Of a DNA stretch of 64,000 bases, positions 14,135 to 27,454 are shown in pieces. The translations under genes and the position numbers were made by a program. Position 1 is the first letter of the stretch. The number at the start of each line of letters is the position of its first letter. Below the pieces are notes generated by a model. That model was not told the DNA's origin, made no database searches, and worked only from the letters and a program-made list of their open reading frames with translations. Source of the stretch: Leucoraja ocellata (Eukaryota); assembly GCA_036785375.1 (NCBI GenBank), contig JAWMAR010000531.1, positions 558,001-622,000 on the forward strand, in the 5' to 3' direction.

Positions 14135-14425
14135 TTAGCTCATAAGATCTGTGCTGGGTCTGAGAATTCCCCTCAGTCCCATTCCCTTCTTACCTCCCAG
14201 AAATATATTCTCTCTTGCCTGTTGACTCCCAATTCTTCTGCCACCCATGAATACTTGGAGCAATGTACAGTAGCCACTTGATCTACCTGCATCTCTTGAA
14301 TGTGGAAGAAAGCCAGAGCACGCATGGGAAACCCATCTGGTCATAAAGAATACATGCAAATTACTCACAAATGGCACCCAAGATCAGGGTTGAATCTACG
14401 TCACTGGCTGTTTGATAGCAGCCTG
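14135..14425 (-). mobile_element. HE1-like V-SINE
   Basis: Reverse V-domain tgtggaagaaagccagagca plus a tRNA-derived head. Confidence 0.6.
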
Positions 14426-14892
14426 TTGTGTCACTGTGAGAGGTCAAAATTACATAATATAATTCAAAAATGCTTTTTTCTCCCCATTAGTGGATGTTAC
14501 CCATACTAAGATCATTTTAGTGACAAAGGTACAGAATCAATTGCATTCTACTCACTTTAAAAGTCATTGCTATACAATTACTACCATGCTTAGAATGGGT
14601 CTGTCTAAGTAAGTTTTTGGTTTTCACAAAGCTACAATTGTTCAATGTTAACCAAGTTAAACTTTGGCTTACGTTGGACAAATTCTGCATGTGGTTATCA
14701 GTGTTTGGTCTTGTGTGACATTAGCCTACTGAAATAAAACCTCATAGCATGGAATGCAGGAGAGAGACACTTTTGATTTAATTTTTAATCTTTGACTTGG
14801 CCTTTGTTTATACAAGTCAAATTAAAGTTTAAAAAAAAATTGTATCCAATTTTGGAGATGCCTTAATTGCCAAGGTGAGTATAAATATAAAG

Positions 14893-15120
14893 TACTAGAC
14901 ATACTCAGCAGATGAGACAGCATCTGTATGGAGTTAACATTACAGGGTAATGATCAGGAAACGTCACCCATTCCTTCTCTCCAGAGATGATGTCTGTCCC
15001 GCTGAGTTACTCCAGTATTTTGTGTTGACCTTTATAAAATATTGGAAGCATTCAGCAAATGTCAGTCAGTATATGTGGAGGGGAAAAAAACGTTAATATT
15101 TCAGGTCAGAAAGGTTTTAA
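14893..15120. mobile_element. Penelope terminal fragments in both orientations
   Basis: actcagcag..cagcatctg (14903) faces aaacgtcacccattcc...gctgagttactccag (14959-15015). Confidence 0.6.
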
Positions 15121-15919
15121 GGTGCAGAGAAAAATGAATGGGGAAATGAGAAAGAGGTGGTCTGTGGTAGACTGGATGAAGAGATAAAGTGACAGAATAA
15201 TGATGAAAAAGAATGGTTCTGGATCAAATATAGAAAGAAAAGATTGGACTTAAAGTCTAAATAGGAGAACATAATCATGGACATGGAATTTTGTTGTTGC
15301 TACATCCACATATATATCAATGGAATTTTAAGTGCCTGGCTCCACCTTCTTGACGTGTTGCTTGAAGGACCATTACTCCTCTAATGCTAAAAGGGTCTTT
15401 GATAACCAGCTATGTTACACCTCTAGTCGTCAAAACTATTAAACAATTGATTGTATTTGGAATTTTGTGACATTGGAAAATATTTAAAAACATTTAAAAC
15501 TAATTAAAAAAACATGTTACTTTAAAAAAAAAAAACCTAAGACAACACATACTTTTGAACTTGATTAATTCAAAAGTAATTATTTGAAGCTTGATTATTT
15601 TCCTTGCAGCCACTCCTTTCCACTGAATTACATGTTTGCTGAATGAACCTGGTCGAAATGGGTTGGGTTCAGTGGGCAGATATCCCAGCATGAAAATTTG
15701 CTGGAGGTTGTTTTCTACCACTGGATAGAAAACTGCACTTCAGTATTGAGTTGCCAAAATTGCAGTGCAGGAGGGAAATTGATGGTAATTGTATTTGTTT
15801 GTGCACGAGTCTCAAACTTTCCAATAATCACGTAGGAAAATGCCAGCTGTTCTGTGTGGAATTAAAACTCCAGTAAAAATAGCTTAAATGTTTATAAATC
15901 CTAATCATTTGAATTTGTT

Positions 15920-16800
15920 GAACTCAATGCTGAATGCAAATGGCAGTCAACTCAATGAGGTGCTGTGCCTCAAGCTTACATTGAGTGTCATTGGAAGTGT
16001 AGGAAGGTGAAGACAGAAGGTCGGAGGGATGAATAATTGCTTCAAGAACACTGGACAATGGGGGGGGGGGGGGGGAGGCAAAGGGCAATGGGACCTGGCG
16101 TGGGGGAACTGCTGGGTGGTGGGGGGGGGGGGGACAAAAGGGGGAGCCGGCGTGCTTTGTAACTTTGTCAACGCTGTTGGTGGCTGCTATTTGTATACAT
16201 TGTGTATGCAAGCATAGAATACTACTGTGCTTAGTCACATGTGACAATGTGGCAAAAGCTCAGTTAGACTTGCAAAATTTTCAGATATGTTTCTGCAAAA
16301 TGTTCACTGATCTATGTTTGGTTACTCCATTGTAGATGAAAGTATATTGTGAAGGAAAATGGCACAGTAAATTAAAAATAGCACAAAAAATCTTACTTTC
16401 ACCTGGAAAATGTGTTTGGCGGCTTGGATGGCGTAAAACAAGTATTTGTGCATCTCCTGGGTTGCATGTGAAGCTGCGATGGGAAGTGGGGAAGGTATTG
16501 GCGGAAGTGGAGGAGTTAGCCAGAATATCATGGAAGGAACATTCCATTTGAAATTCTGTAAAGGAAGATGTGTTTAGTGTTGGCATAATGTTGGGGGTTT
16601 AGAAATACAGATGGGTAATCTGTTTTATGTAATGGCTGTGGGTGGAATGCAAGGACAAAGAAGAATCCTATTGTGGTTCTGGGAGGGAGAGTAAGGGTCA
16701 TTGATTTGAAATGTCAAATATTTCACCACAGTTCTCAGCTGACATGCGCAGTATTTCTTGCATTTTCGTTTTTTTAATTTTGCATTGCTAACATCCTCAG
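15920..16800 (-). mobile_element. Very degraded Penelope GIY-YIG region, interrupted by a G-rich repeat (~16060-16245)
   Basis: Minus-strand TQCKLEAQHLI and ..YNGVTKHR.. resemble the GIY-YIG at 1018-1275. Confidence 0.55.
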
Positions 16801-16899
16801 TGCTTTGCATTCATAGAATTACTCAATGGTTACAAACAGGAGGAGGCCTAATCACCCTATCGAGTCCCTACTGCCGATACCAATGAGCTTTCTAGTCTC

Positions 16900-17063
16900 A
16901 CTGGAGCCTTCACTCACAGTGGGAAACTTTGATCCCGCTGAGTGGGGATGTCTGTGTTAAAGACGATCGTGTTCTGTGCTTTATTATTCGTATGGCTGTA
17001 TGGCGACCACACATTTCACTGTACCAATTGGTACATGTGACAAATAAATGTATCTTGTATCTT
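16900..17063 (+). mobile_element. Short repeat with Rex1-like 3' tail
   Basis: Ends with cactgtaccaattggtacatgtgacaaataaa plus a short tandem tail. Confidence 0.45.
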
Positions 17064-17339
17064 CTCATGTAAACCTGTGAATTCTATCCCAACAGGTACT
17101 TGTTCAACCCCCGTTTGAAAGCTTTATTTGAATCTTCCTCCTCTACTACTGCTGGCAGTGCATTCCAAACCAATGCCATTTTTTGTGTTAAATGAAAAAT
17201 ATTTAATTTTGTAACATTTAGCAATCCCCTCCAATGTTGGTATTGAGCCCATTTTTGCAGAATAAATGAAGTTTGCAGGGTGCAAGGAGCAATAATCCTT
17301 TCTTACTTATCTATTTAACTAGGTTACCAAAGCAACCTG

Positions 17340-18410
17340 GAGACACAAGGGACTGCAGATGCCAAAATATAGAGCAAAGAAATATTTGCTGGCAGAACTC
17401 AGCAGGTCAAGTGGAGTCAAAGGAATGGTCAACATTTTGGATTGAGACACTGAATTAGGATTGGGAATGAAGGGGGGGGGGTGGTATATTGAAGTGATAG
17501 GCAGTGGTGAGAAAGGCTGGTAGGTAATAGGTGGAAACAGATGAGGCAGGGGGAAGATAGATAGACGGGACTGTGAAGGGACAATGGGTTGGTGGAACTG
17601 TGAAGGGAAGTACTGAAACAGGTTGGTAGGTGGAAACATAAGAAAAAATTTGACTGAAGTCAAGGACAGAGGGGAAGGGTAGAGGTATTTAGATTACAGG
17701 TGGAAGCAGATAATAATGGAGGGGTTGATGGACTGATGGAGCTGGGTGGGGAGGATGCTGAGGAATTGAGGGATCTGGAATGGGAAAGCTTTCAAAGCAA
17801 GAAGGACCCTGGAAAGTCTGACAAGTGCATGGCACGTTAGTTGCCTGATATTGAGAAATTCAATGTTCATACTATTGGGCTAAGGGATACTCAAGTGGAA
17901 TTTGAGGGGCCTCCTATGAATACTAAATCTTAAAATTTCAGTTACCCTATTCCTTCTGGTCCATTCAAGTCTCTCTCTCTCTCATTCTTCACCTTTTCTA
18001 ACCCTCCTCTTGCATCATCTGCACATCACCTTTCTCTGCCTGGTTTTATCTGCCCATCATTCACAAGCCTGTCTACCCGAGTTTCTTCTCCCTGGGTTCC
18101 TCTTTCCTATTCCATGGCCCATCTCGTTCCATCTGCCCATCATCTCATCTCTTTCCACCTATCAACGACCAACCTTTGTCTCCGCACTCCCTTCGCTCGC
18201 CTTGCTCCTGTTGCCAATCTTCCTCTCCTCATCTGGCTTCACTTATCCTCCACCATCCTCTATCTCAACCCTTACTCCCACTTCTACGTTCTGGCTATCT
18301 TCCCTCTACGCTCTTAATCCTGAGGCAAGGTTCAACCTGAAATGTCGACCTGCTCTTTTTTCACAGATGTTGCGTTGCTTGACATGTTTTTTCCAGCATT
18401 TCAATTTTTC
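17340..18410. mobile_element. Two oppositely oriented Penelope 3' ends (17340-17910 minus; ~17940-18410 plus)
   Basis: A purine-rich half is followed by a pyrimidine-rich half, and each ends in the PLE terminal motif. Confidence 0.55.
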
Positions 18411-19039
18411 TTTCCTTTTTAATCTGAAAATAGATGTGCAGCTGAAGCAAAGGATAGAAAATATGACCCTCTTGGGCTTACCTATTATATTCAAGTAAGG
18501 GCACTGCACTAGTGTACTTTACAAAGAAAATTCAACCAAACAAGTTTTATGCATAACATTTTCTGAGAAAAGAACTGTTCTGGCTTTACATTTACATACC
18601 ATTTCCTATAAAATAAAATAAAAAGTGATGATTGAATTACAATTGAATTTCCAGGTTAACTTCTTTATCTACCTGTCGTCATGTGTTCTTCAGTGTTATG
18701 TAAAGAAGTGACATCAATCTGATCAATATATTGCAATAGCAATATAATGTACCTCTAAACAAGAATGTATTATCACCGCACTCTCTGGTTAAGCAAGTGT
18801 TACAATATGCCGCATTGATTTCCTACGAATGTTGCCACCTTCTTTGTGTAGAGATTAGCTCCACAAAGGAATTTTCAAGGTGACTGTGGATTCAGGCTAA
18901 TTTCTGATATAAAACAATGGAATATAATAGCTAAGTCAGATGATGCTTGAGGAGCAGGTAAAATTAGAATCTTGATCGACAGAAATGGAGCAGAAAAAAA
19001 ACCTGAAAGGTGACGTTAAATTGAGAAAAGAGCTTAAGA

Positions 19040-21050
19040 TTTGGACGATTAATGATTTGGTGAGAATGTACAAGGCAGGATTAAAAAATTTGCAGATGAC
19101 ACTAAAGTGGGTGGTGTAGATAGTGAAGATAGTTATAAAATATTAGAGAAGGATTGTAATCAGCTGGGCAAGTGGCTGTGGAATGATTAATGGTGTTTAA
19201 TGCTGATAAGTGCAAGGTATTGCATTTTGGGAAGTCAAAGTCCTGTCATTTTGGCAGGACCTTTATAGTGAATGGCAGAGCTTAGGGGAGTTTTGTAGAG
19301 CTGAGGAATGTAATAGGCCTTTCTCACGGGGCGACAACGTAAGATGTAACCAGAGTGAAGTGGACGTGTTCTAGCACGATATCACACGATATAACGTGTC
19401 ACCAAGTTACACGATATAAAGAGTTCCCACGGCACTCGGCATTTCTGTTATTTGTGCGAGTGACTTGTCCGTCTCCCGGGCTTTCCCGTTAAATCTTGAA
19501 AGACATTGTAAACTGTCAAGTGTAATTAAATCATCACGTGGCACAAATGATGGGGGGGGGAGAGAGAGAAATGAGGGGAGACGTATACACACACACAAAG
19601 CAGAGTTTTACTGTGTATGTGGGAGACACAGATGGACTGAGCACAGTACCTCGGTCTTACTGTGTGTGGGAGAGGGGGAGAGAGAGACGTATACTCACAG
19701 AGGCAGTCTCTCAGCCTGTGTGAGGGAGGGAGAGAGAGAGAGAAGCAGACACAAGGTGGATGTGAAATCTCACCTGCCTGTTTCAGTGACAGACACCCAC
19801 CGCCAGTAAATGAAGACACCCCCATCTGTCTCCCCCTCCTCTCCCTCGACTCCCCCACCTTTCCCTCCCAACTCCAGTCCCGTCCCGACCCCCTGGGAAA
19901 CTGAAGGGAGTAACAATTAACTGCTGCCTGCCCGCTGAGTTAAAGAGTTCCCACGGTAGTAAGACGATGTTAGTTGCGCCCAAGTTTAAATTTCCAACGT
20001 GTGTTTCAGAGTAAAGAGTCAGCGCAGAATCCTTGATAATCAAAAACTGTCTGAATCAGCAAATTAGACACAAAATGCTGGAGTAACTCAGTGGGCCAAG
20101 CAGCATCTATCTCTCAAAGAAGTACATGTGAAAAATTTCTCACGGACCATAAAAATGCGGGACCTTTCAGTAAAGTCCCTTTTAAAGATTATAGTTATTT
20201 TCTTGAATCTCATTAACATAACTCATGAATAAGTTGATGTCCATATGCGGATGCAAATCTTTATTTTTTAAATTCAATCCCACAGAAGACAATTTTTACT
20301 CGCCTTCTGTCCACTATGTCCAGCTTCCGAGTTCGCCATTCGCAGGAGTTCCCACGGTGCACGCAAGAGTCAGTACGGATATCGCACTGGCCACTATGTG
20401 CATATAATGTTGCAATGTTCAACCACAAGTGTACAAGTCACTCTTGGAGAAATTCAAGCTTGTTTGAATTTTCTCCCGAGTCACCAAGTTACACGAGTAC
20501 CTGCCGTAAGCGCCACGTGGTCCACGAATGCTGTACGGTTATCGCAAGAGGTTCCCACGATGTTCAACTCTTGCGTCAAGTCGCCCCGTGAGAAAGGGGT
20601 TTAAGAGTGCTAGAACACGATTCCTTGAAAGTAGCGTCACATGTAGACAGGGTGGTCAAGAAAGCTTTTGGTACACTGGCCTTCATCAGTCAGCTTATTG
20701 AATATAGAAGTTGGAATGTTATGTTACAGTTGTTCAAGACATTGGTGAGGCCACATTTGGAGTATTGTGTTAGTTTCGTCATTCTGCTATGGGAAGGCTG
20801 TAGTTACAGTAAGTTGGAAAGAGTGCGGAGAAGATTTACAAGGATGTTATTAGGGCTTGAGCTATAGGGAGAGGTTGAGCAGGCAAGGACTTTATGAGTG
20901 TGGATGAATGGAGATCTTGTGGAGGTGTATAAGATTATAAACAGAGAAGATGCACAGAATCTTTTACCCAGAGTAGGGGAATCGAAAACTAGAGGACGTA
21001 GGTTTAAAGTGAGAGGGGGAAAGATTTAATAGTAATCTGAGGGGCAACTT
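19040..21050 (+). mobile_element. CR1/HER1 LINE RT region split by a nested DNA element
   Basis: KFADDTKVGG at about 19087-19115; ORF 20607-20867 reads LQLFKTLVRPHLEYCV. The two halves rejoin across a TAA target site. Confidence 0.85.
19314..20601. mobile_element. Non-autonomous PIF/Harbinger-like DNA transposon
   Basis: Perfect 18-bp inverted repeat CCTTTCTCACGGGGCGAC (19318-19335 / 20580-20597); TAA duplication at 19311-13 and 20602-04; no transposase ORF. Confidence 0.8.
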
Positions 21051-21575
21051 GGACGACCTAATCCACGAGTTTAGAGGACCATGAGTTGAAAAAAATGTCA
21101 AGGTCGTGTTGACTTGCCAAAGTAAAAGACCTCCTATGACTATATCTACGACCCCCCTTGACCTCAGTCTTCCACACCTAAGACCAACTACGACTAGCTA
21201 CGAGTGGAAAATGATCACATGATAAAATTATGTCATGTTTGCATTATTTTTCTCGGGCTAGTTACTGACCTACGACTATCTACGGCTACCTACGACTACC
21301 ACCACGACCTACTACGACCCACCTACGACTTACCTACGAGTAAAAGGTATCAATTTTTTCCATGCCGCCCTTTTTTGTTACTCATGGACACTTTTTATCA
21401 GGCTGAAAAAAACGGCGCGACCTACTTGAGGCCACGAGTACGCAGAGACCACACACGGGAATGAGGAAGAGTTACGAAGACCTCCTACGACCTCGTGGTG
21501 ACCATGCTGCGCGTATGAGTCAAGGGCAAACTCGGCAGAGGTCGCCAATTAGGTCGTGACAATGGGACAGGGGTT
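21046..21575. mobile_element. Harbinger-like non-autonomous element, left TIR truncated
   Basis: ACGACCTAAT at the left versus ATTAGGTCGT..TGGGACAGGGGTT at the right; many internal TACGAC units. Confidence 0.65.
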
Positions 21576-22068
21576 TAACTCTTGGAAAGTAAGAGAATAC
21601 ATTTTGCTGCTGTTCGATGTTAGATTTATTGAGATTGGCACGATTTATTGGTTACTGCAATGCTATCTCATGTACCAGTTGCTTCACCTAAATACCCACA
21701 ATGTAACTCAGCATGAATAATGCTACCTGTTTCCTGGAACAGACTCCTGGAACAGACAGTGTGGCGATAAGTGATTAAAAATGAGTGACTGTTGTGTAGG
21801 TCAAAGTATCAAAAACGTGTTCATTTTACAATGCACAATGCCATTCTAGCCATAGGTTTAATTGTAGAATTTTAATTGCAGTTCCCTGTTCTAATGGTGT
21901 TTTCTGTGTTTCTGTTGCTTGACATCTACATTTGACATTGTTGGTCATGGCAGCTTCCTGCAGTTCTACTGTCCACTCACAGGAGGTTCGACTCCTTTTT
22001 GAATGTGACCAGCAATGGCTCATTTTCTTTACTTCATAGAATCACAAGTTATGCTTACTTAGGCCCCC

Positions 22069-22069
<1 letters not shown>

Positions 22070-22109
<40 letters not shown>
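22070..22109. repeat. poly-C tract (40 nt)
   Basis: Read directly. Confidence 0.95.
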
Positions 22110-23069
22110 ACATACAAATCTTTCTGTCACCTACATCCCAAACCTTTGGGTGAGTGTTCATAATTATGTTGTACGTCTTAACCATTTCCCTTGGCCAAGC
22201 TTTGTTTCATCGTGTTACCTGCCTTTTAGAAAATAATGACTAATTGAGCAATAGGCTATTGTTTATTCCTTGTTTGTAAAGTGTAATAGTTTTGCCTTTG
22301 CTTGGATGCTCCTCCCTAATAATTTTCAGTTGAATCTGTGAAGACTTATTGAACCAAGAGCTTAGATTTGATCCCTATTGCCTAAACCACTTATACCTGT
22401 TGTCTGCCGTCTTTCTCATCAGCATCACTGGGGAACTTTGAGTTTACATGTTTACATGAGACAATATCTACGACACTCTTCTTGCTACCTTCCAATCAAC
22501 TACCCTCATTAAACTTGTATGTCTAAAAACCATGGATAATATCCTACCCCGAGTTAAATCCCACTTCACTCAGCTTACAGTTCTGTGTCCCAGAATTTAC
22601 TAAATTCAAATCCCTTTTCTTACCCACTATAGTTACATCTCAACCTGTTTTTATTTCCTCGTCTAGTGTGTTATGATTAGTGCGCATTCTTCCTTAAAAG
22701 GCATGTTGTGTATATGCTCTCTCTTTGTCAATCTTTGCCAACAGGAACTTCAGCTAACTCAATTACCTCTCCATTTATGGCTCAATCTTGAAAACTTTTT
22801 CCAAAACTTATCTTCTGATGATTCTCAATTGAAGTGATTAATGTTTTTTAAAATCAATATTACTCTTCTCCAACAAGCGGTTTGAATGTTTTAAAAGTAA
22901 AAGTACTCTGTAAATGAAAACTGCTGAGGCACAAATGCCAGTAATTAGTGCTTATAGGGCACACTTCATTAAACAATAAATAATGAAAAAGTGTTCTTTT
23001 TCTTTTGAAGCTCTGGAAGAGAACCCCAAAATCATAGCCACTTTTGGCTCCAAAGTATGGCAGTTCCTA

Positions 23070-23298
23070 CTGTCCCACTTAGGAAACCTGTGCGGAAACC
23101 TCTGGAGATTTACGCCCCACCCAAGGTTTCCGTGCGGTTCCCGGATGTTCCCGGAGGTTTTTGTCAGTCTCCCTACCTGCTTCCAATACCTGCAACCACC
23201 GGCAACCACCTGCAACCTCCGGGAACTGCACGGAAACCTTGGATGGGCGCAAAGTCTCCAGAGGTTTCCGTTCAGGTTTCCTAAGTGGGACAGGGGCA
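23070..23298. mobile_element. Palindromic MITE (CCTGTCCCACTT family)
   Basis: CTGTCCCACTTAGGAAACCTG... and ...CAGGTTTCCTAAGTGGGACAG; near-identical to 33744-33979. Confidence 0.85.
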
Positions 23299-23959
23299 TA
23301 TTATACTGCAAGTTGCTAATGTAGAGTTATCAGACTAACAACAATCATGCAGTTCAGCCTTTCCATTGTTTTTGGAATTGGTGCACAATCACCCTTGACC
23401 TTTTATAAGATGGACGTACAAAGCACAGGAAAACAGTGGCCGTGATGGGAATATGCTTTTGTTCAGAACATCCGCTGAATGTGTTTTGCACCGTATGAGC
23501 AATCAATTGACTGTATGGTCTTTCATTGTTGATTTAACCAACTCCTGACTGCTCGTGTTATTCTCATTGTCTTTAAAGGAACTGTTTGGGTTGAAGGATG
23601 GAAGAAAAACAACTTGACTTCCGGACACTGCGTTTGTGTTAAAAGTGGTGGTGCTGTTATATGCTCCTGCATGTGATCATATGGTTTCTGGAGTAGACAG
23701 CTGGTTTACATTGCACCCATTGCTGCAGCTCGTTTCACTGGGAGATCAAAACCTGACCTGATCTGATAAGACCAAAAATATCTAGATGGTGAAAAAAAAT
23801 GTCACTAATTGAGAAATGGATAGAAGGTGTGGGGGTTGGACTTTCCATTGTCGCTTCAAATATAATAAAGTTTCTTATAATCCATTCAGCCCATTATGAT
23901 TATTACAAGTTATACCCGCAACCCATTATTTCTCATTTATCTATTAACACTCTTATAAT

Positions 23960-24152
23960 TCTACCATTCAACGATGCTAAGGCAAAATTTAAAATAGTAA
24001 ATGGACCTACCAACATGTCTTTGCGATGTGGGAGGAAACCAGAGCACCCAGGGGACAGCTCACTTAACCCATATGGTAGCACCAGAAGTCGGGATTTAAT
24101 CTGGGTTATTGGAATCGCGAGGCAGCAGCACCACTGCTGTGCCACCGTGATG
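23960..24152 (-). mobile_element. HE1-like V-SINE
   Basis: tgtgggaggaaaccagagcacccagggg (V-domain, reverse) plus a tRNA-like head. Confidence 0.7.
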
Positions 24153-25199
24153 CCCATGCCTATAATAAATACACCACTCTATTTTTTAAGTTTTTATTAA
24201 TTGTTCACCACGAGATGATGCAAAGCAGTTCATTGGAAGAGAATGAGGAAAACGCAAAAGTAGTCAGGAGTTTATTAAATCAATAATGAAATCCTTGGTT
24301 CTTGGCATGAAAGCCTCCTAGGTTACAAAGATCCAATGTGGAGTTTAATTGGGCAACTTACACCCTGCTCCTGACAAACATGAACTTAGTCTCAAAACTG
24401 TTTCTAATTGCCACTTATTTTGTTATTTACTCAGTGGGAAGTGGTTCTCACTAATTCAGTACAGGATGCGGTACAGGATGTTGTACAAGTACAGTGAATT
24501 TGCAATTGGGCAGAATTAATAGATTTCTGTATATAGGACTTTGCAGGTTGCGATAAAAAACACTAATAGTGGGAAGGTGATCCATTCTTGGCCGAAGGGC
24601 TTTGTGCTGTGTTCATTGATTTTACAGTTTGATGTCATTTTCATTTATTGCATCTTGTAATTGGCAAGCTGCATTTGGCCTGCTCAGCAGAGTTGGGTAA
24701 AGTTAAAAATTGACTAACTGTACAGCCATTAATTCTGTACATCAATAGTATACTAATGCTTTGGGTGGCAACTGTGTGGACCACATACAATTAAGTGAGC
24801 CCTTCCCCCAGGTGCTTCAGTTTCTTCCCATATCCTATTCTGAAACAAGCCCTATCCATATATTCCAGAGATGCTGCTTGACCTGCTGAGTTACTCCAGC
24901 ACTTTGATTTTTTTTTTGGAAACTAGCATCTGCAGTTCCTTGCCTTGCAAAGACAAATTGGTAGGTAAATTGGCTGTTGTAAATTAAATCTCGGCATAGG
25001 TGATTGGTCGACTCATGCTAGAATTGGTATTGGTTTATTATTGTCACGTGTACCGAGATACAGTGAAAAGCTTGTGTTTGCGCGCTATCCAATTAAATGA
25101 AAGTATGCTCATATTGATTCCTGTAGTCAAGATCATTGTGAAATTAAATTTGGATTTAACTCCGATGTGCTCACAGGTCTAGTTGGTAATTGAGAGGAA

Positions 25200-25560
25200 G
25201 GAAAGATAATAATTCAGAGATATAGAATTCCAAGGGATTTGCAAGGGTATTCCTCTTGCTTCCCCTAGTTGGGGAGTAGGGGGTCTAGATCAAAAGACAT
25301 TTTTTTTACAATAAGAGATTGTACTTTTAAGACAAAGATAAGGATGAATTTCCTTTCTCAAAGGGTTTTGCCCGGAGATCTCTGGTGGCTGAATCATTGT
25401 GTATTTTGAGGGATGAAAGGTTTTCAGCCTATGGGGGCATTGGCAATTTATGGAGAACAGGCAAGAGAGTGGAGTTGAAGCCAAGGTCAGATTAGCCATG
25501 ATGTCATTCCATGCTGGAGAAAGCTCAAGAGACTACATGCCTACTATTTATCCTCGTATT
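25200..25560 (+). mobile_element. CR1 3' end, degraded
   Basis: Ends with aggtcagattagccatgatgtcatt...cctact. Confidence 0.6.
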
Positions 25561-26074
25561 GTTCCTTAAGCACTGCTTCAGTATTACTTCAATACAGCAC
25601 TATTCTTTCAACTTCATAGGCTGTCATTGTGATTTTTCATTGTCAAGTTGGTATCAAAGGGTCGTTTCAGCTGGCTGATGTTTTTTAATTTCCCGAACAA
25701 AGCTAGATGAGATTTGAACCTAGTCCTTCAGTGAAGAAATTGATGTCCTAACTGTGGTTGCACTCACTAATTGTCACTGTTAATTAATACCTGAATGTTC
25801 ACTTATCTGTTTCTTTAACGGTCTCTGCGTTACTCTTTTCAACTGCCTGTATAATTAGTTCTCAAGTATCTACTGTTACCTCTGTACTCCATTGTATTGG
25901 CTACATGTTTCTGTGCATTGCTTTTATATGAATGCTAATTTCATTTTTACATTGCTGCTTTATGAGATTAGCATGAAAAATATTGGAATTTGTTGCAGCT
26001 CAAGTCTGTACTAAAACTCACCCCTTTCCTGTACGTAGAATTCCAGATTTACAAACAACTTAATTCCTCAAGGA

Positions 26075-26372
26075 TGACACAGCAGCCCAACTCTTAGAGC
26101 TGCCGTCCCACAGGGCCAGAGACCATGGGTCAGGATCAAACTTGGGTGGTGTCCATGTGCAGTTTGCATGTTCTCCCTGAGAGTGGTGATGCTCCAGTTT
26201 CCTCCCTCATCCCAAAGATACGTGGAATTGTTGGTTAATTTGGCTTCTAAAATTGCCCCTAATGTTTAAGGGGTGGATGAGAAAGTGGAATTACAGAGAA
26301 CACGTGTGAACAGCTGATCGATGGTTGTGTGGACTCAGTGGGCTGATTTTGTGCTGTATGTCTGAACTAAAT
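26075..26372 (+). mobile_element. HE1-like V-SINE, near full length
   Basis: tRNA-like head, V-domain tttgcatgttctccc..ctccagtttcctccctcatcccaaaga, and a CR1-like tail. Confidence 0.75.
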
Positions 26373-26446
26373 TCAATGAAACCTATCCTGCTGCTTAATT
26401 AAGAGAGCCTATTGGAATAACAATGCCAGGATCTGCTAAACACTAA

Positions 26447-26694
26447 TGGGCCTGTCCCACTTAGGCAATATTTAGGCGACTACAGGCGACAGCCGAAAAA
26501 TTTTCAACATGTTGAAAAATTTGCAGCGACAGTGGCGACAATTTGGGCTTTCGTAGGTGCTGTCGTAGGTTGTCGCCAGGTTAACGTAGATTGACGGCAG
26601 GTTAACGTAAGTTGTCGGCAGTGCTGACTTCAGTGAATTCCATTGTCTTAGTCGCTGGCAGTTGCCTAAAAATCGCCTAAGTGGGACAGGCCCA
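26447..26694. mobile_element. PIF/Harbinger-type MITE
   Basis: Perfect 20-bp TIR TGGGCCTGTCCCACTTAGGC; TAA target duplication at 26444-46 and 26695-97. Confidence 0.9.
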
Positions 26695-27454
26695 TAAGTC
26701 ATCAGATTTGAATCTCAACGTGTTCTGGTATAAATAACAGCACTTTTCTTCTTTGTCACTGCATCCTGGGGAGGTGTTTCTTTCAAGGGTAACTGGTTTT
26801 CAGTATTTATTATTTTTCGTCTCTATAACTAGCTTCTGGATAGCTATTACTTTCACTGTATGACCAGGTCTTGTGTATCTTTTATTCAATCTCTATAATT
26901 GACTACTGGATATCTGTTACTCTATCTCTGTGCAAATAGCTTGTGCAGATGTCTTACTATCCATCTGAGACTCTTACAAAAGGGAGCTGGAGGGCTAATG
27001 CTAAACATTTTTCACCTCTTAAGATGTGGACTTTTGAAGGAAAGTCAATAGCTGCATCACACATTGAATCAATGCTGTTTGTCGAAATAGCACAACTGGT
27101 CAGTCTCACTATTTGAGAGTACAGTGGGCTGTGTTCAGTGCAATTTTGAAGCAGAAACTTCAGATAGTGAATCACAAAGTGTATAGAATTAAGTTATCTC
27201 CTACTGTTGTCTCAGGGGTGGGATAGGGTGTTAGAAATCGGGCAAATCTAATGACAAATTCTCCCCATATCTGTTTTTTGGTGTTAAATTCAATCTTAAA
27301 TGGTTTTGTTGAAATCAACTACTTATGTTACATTCTGGAAATTGTTTTAATCAGTCTGTATATCCAGGCTTGATTGGGCACCAAGTTCCCTAAATATAGC
27401 TTGCTGTTATGCGGGCAGAGGGTTCATTGAGCTAAACTAATAGTTTCTTGTGTG

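Noticed and set aside
16060-16145. Long G runs (G-quadruplex candidate); also poly-C at 22070, ~28460 and ~63966
   Set aside because: Homopolymers inside or next to repeats, with error-prone lengths and no evidence of function.
21180-21500. Short TACGAC reiterations that resemble a CRISPR-like array
   Set aside because: Irregular 6-10 nt units inside a TIR element in vertebrate DNA; no constant repeat-spacer structure and no cas genes.
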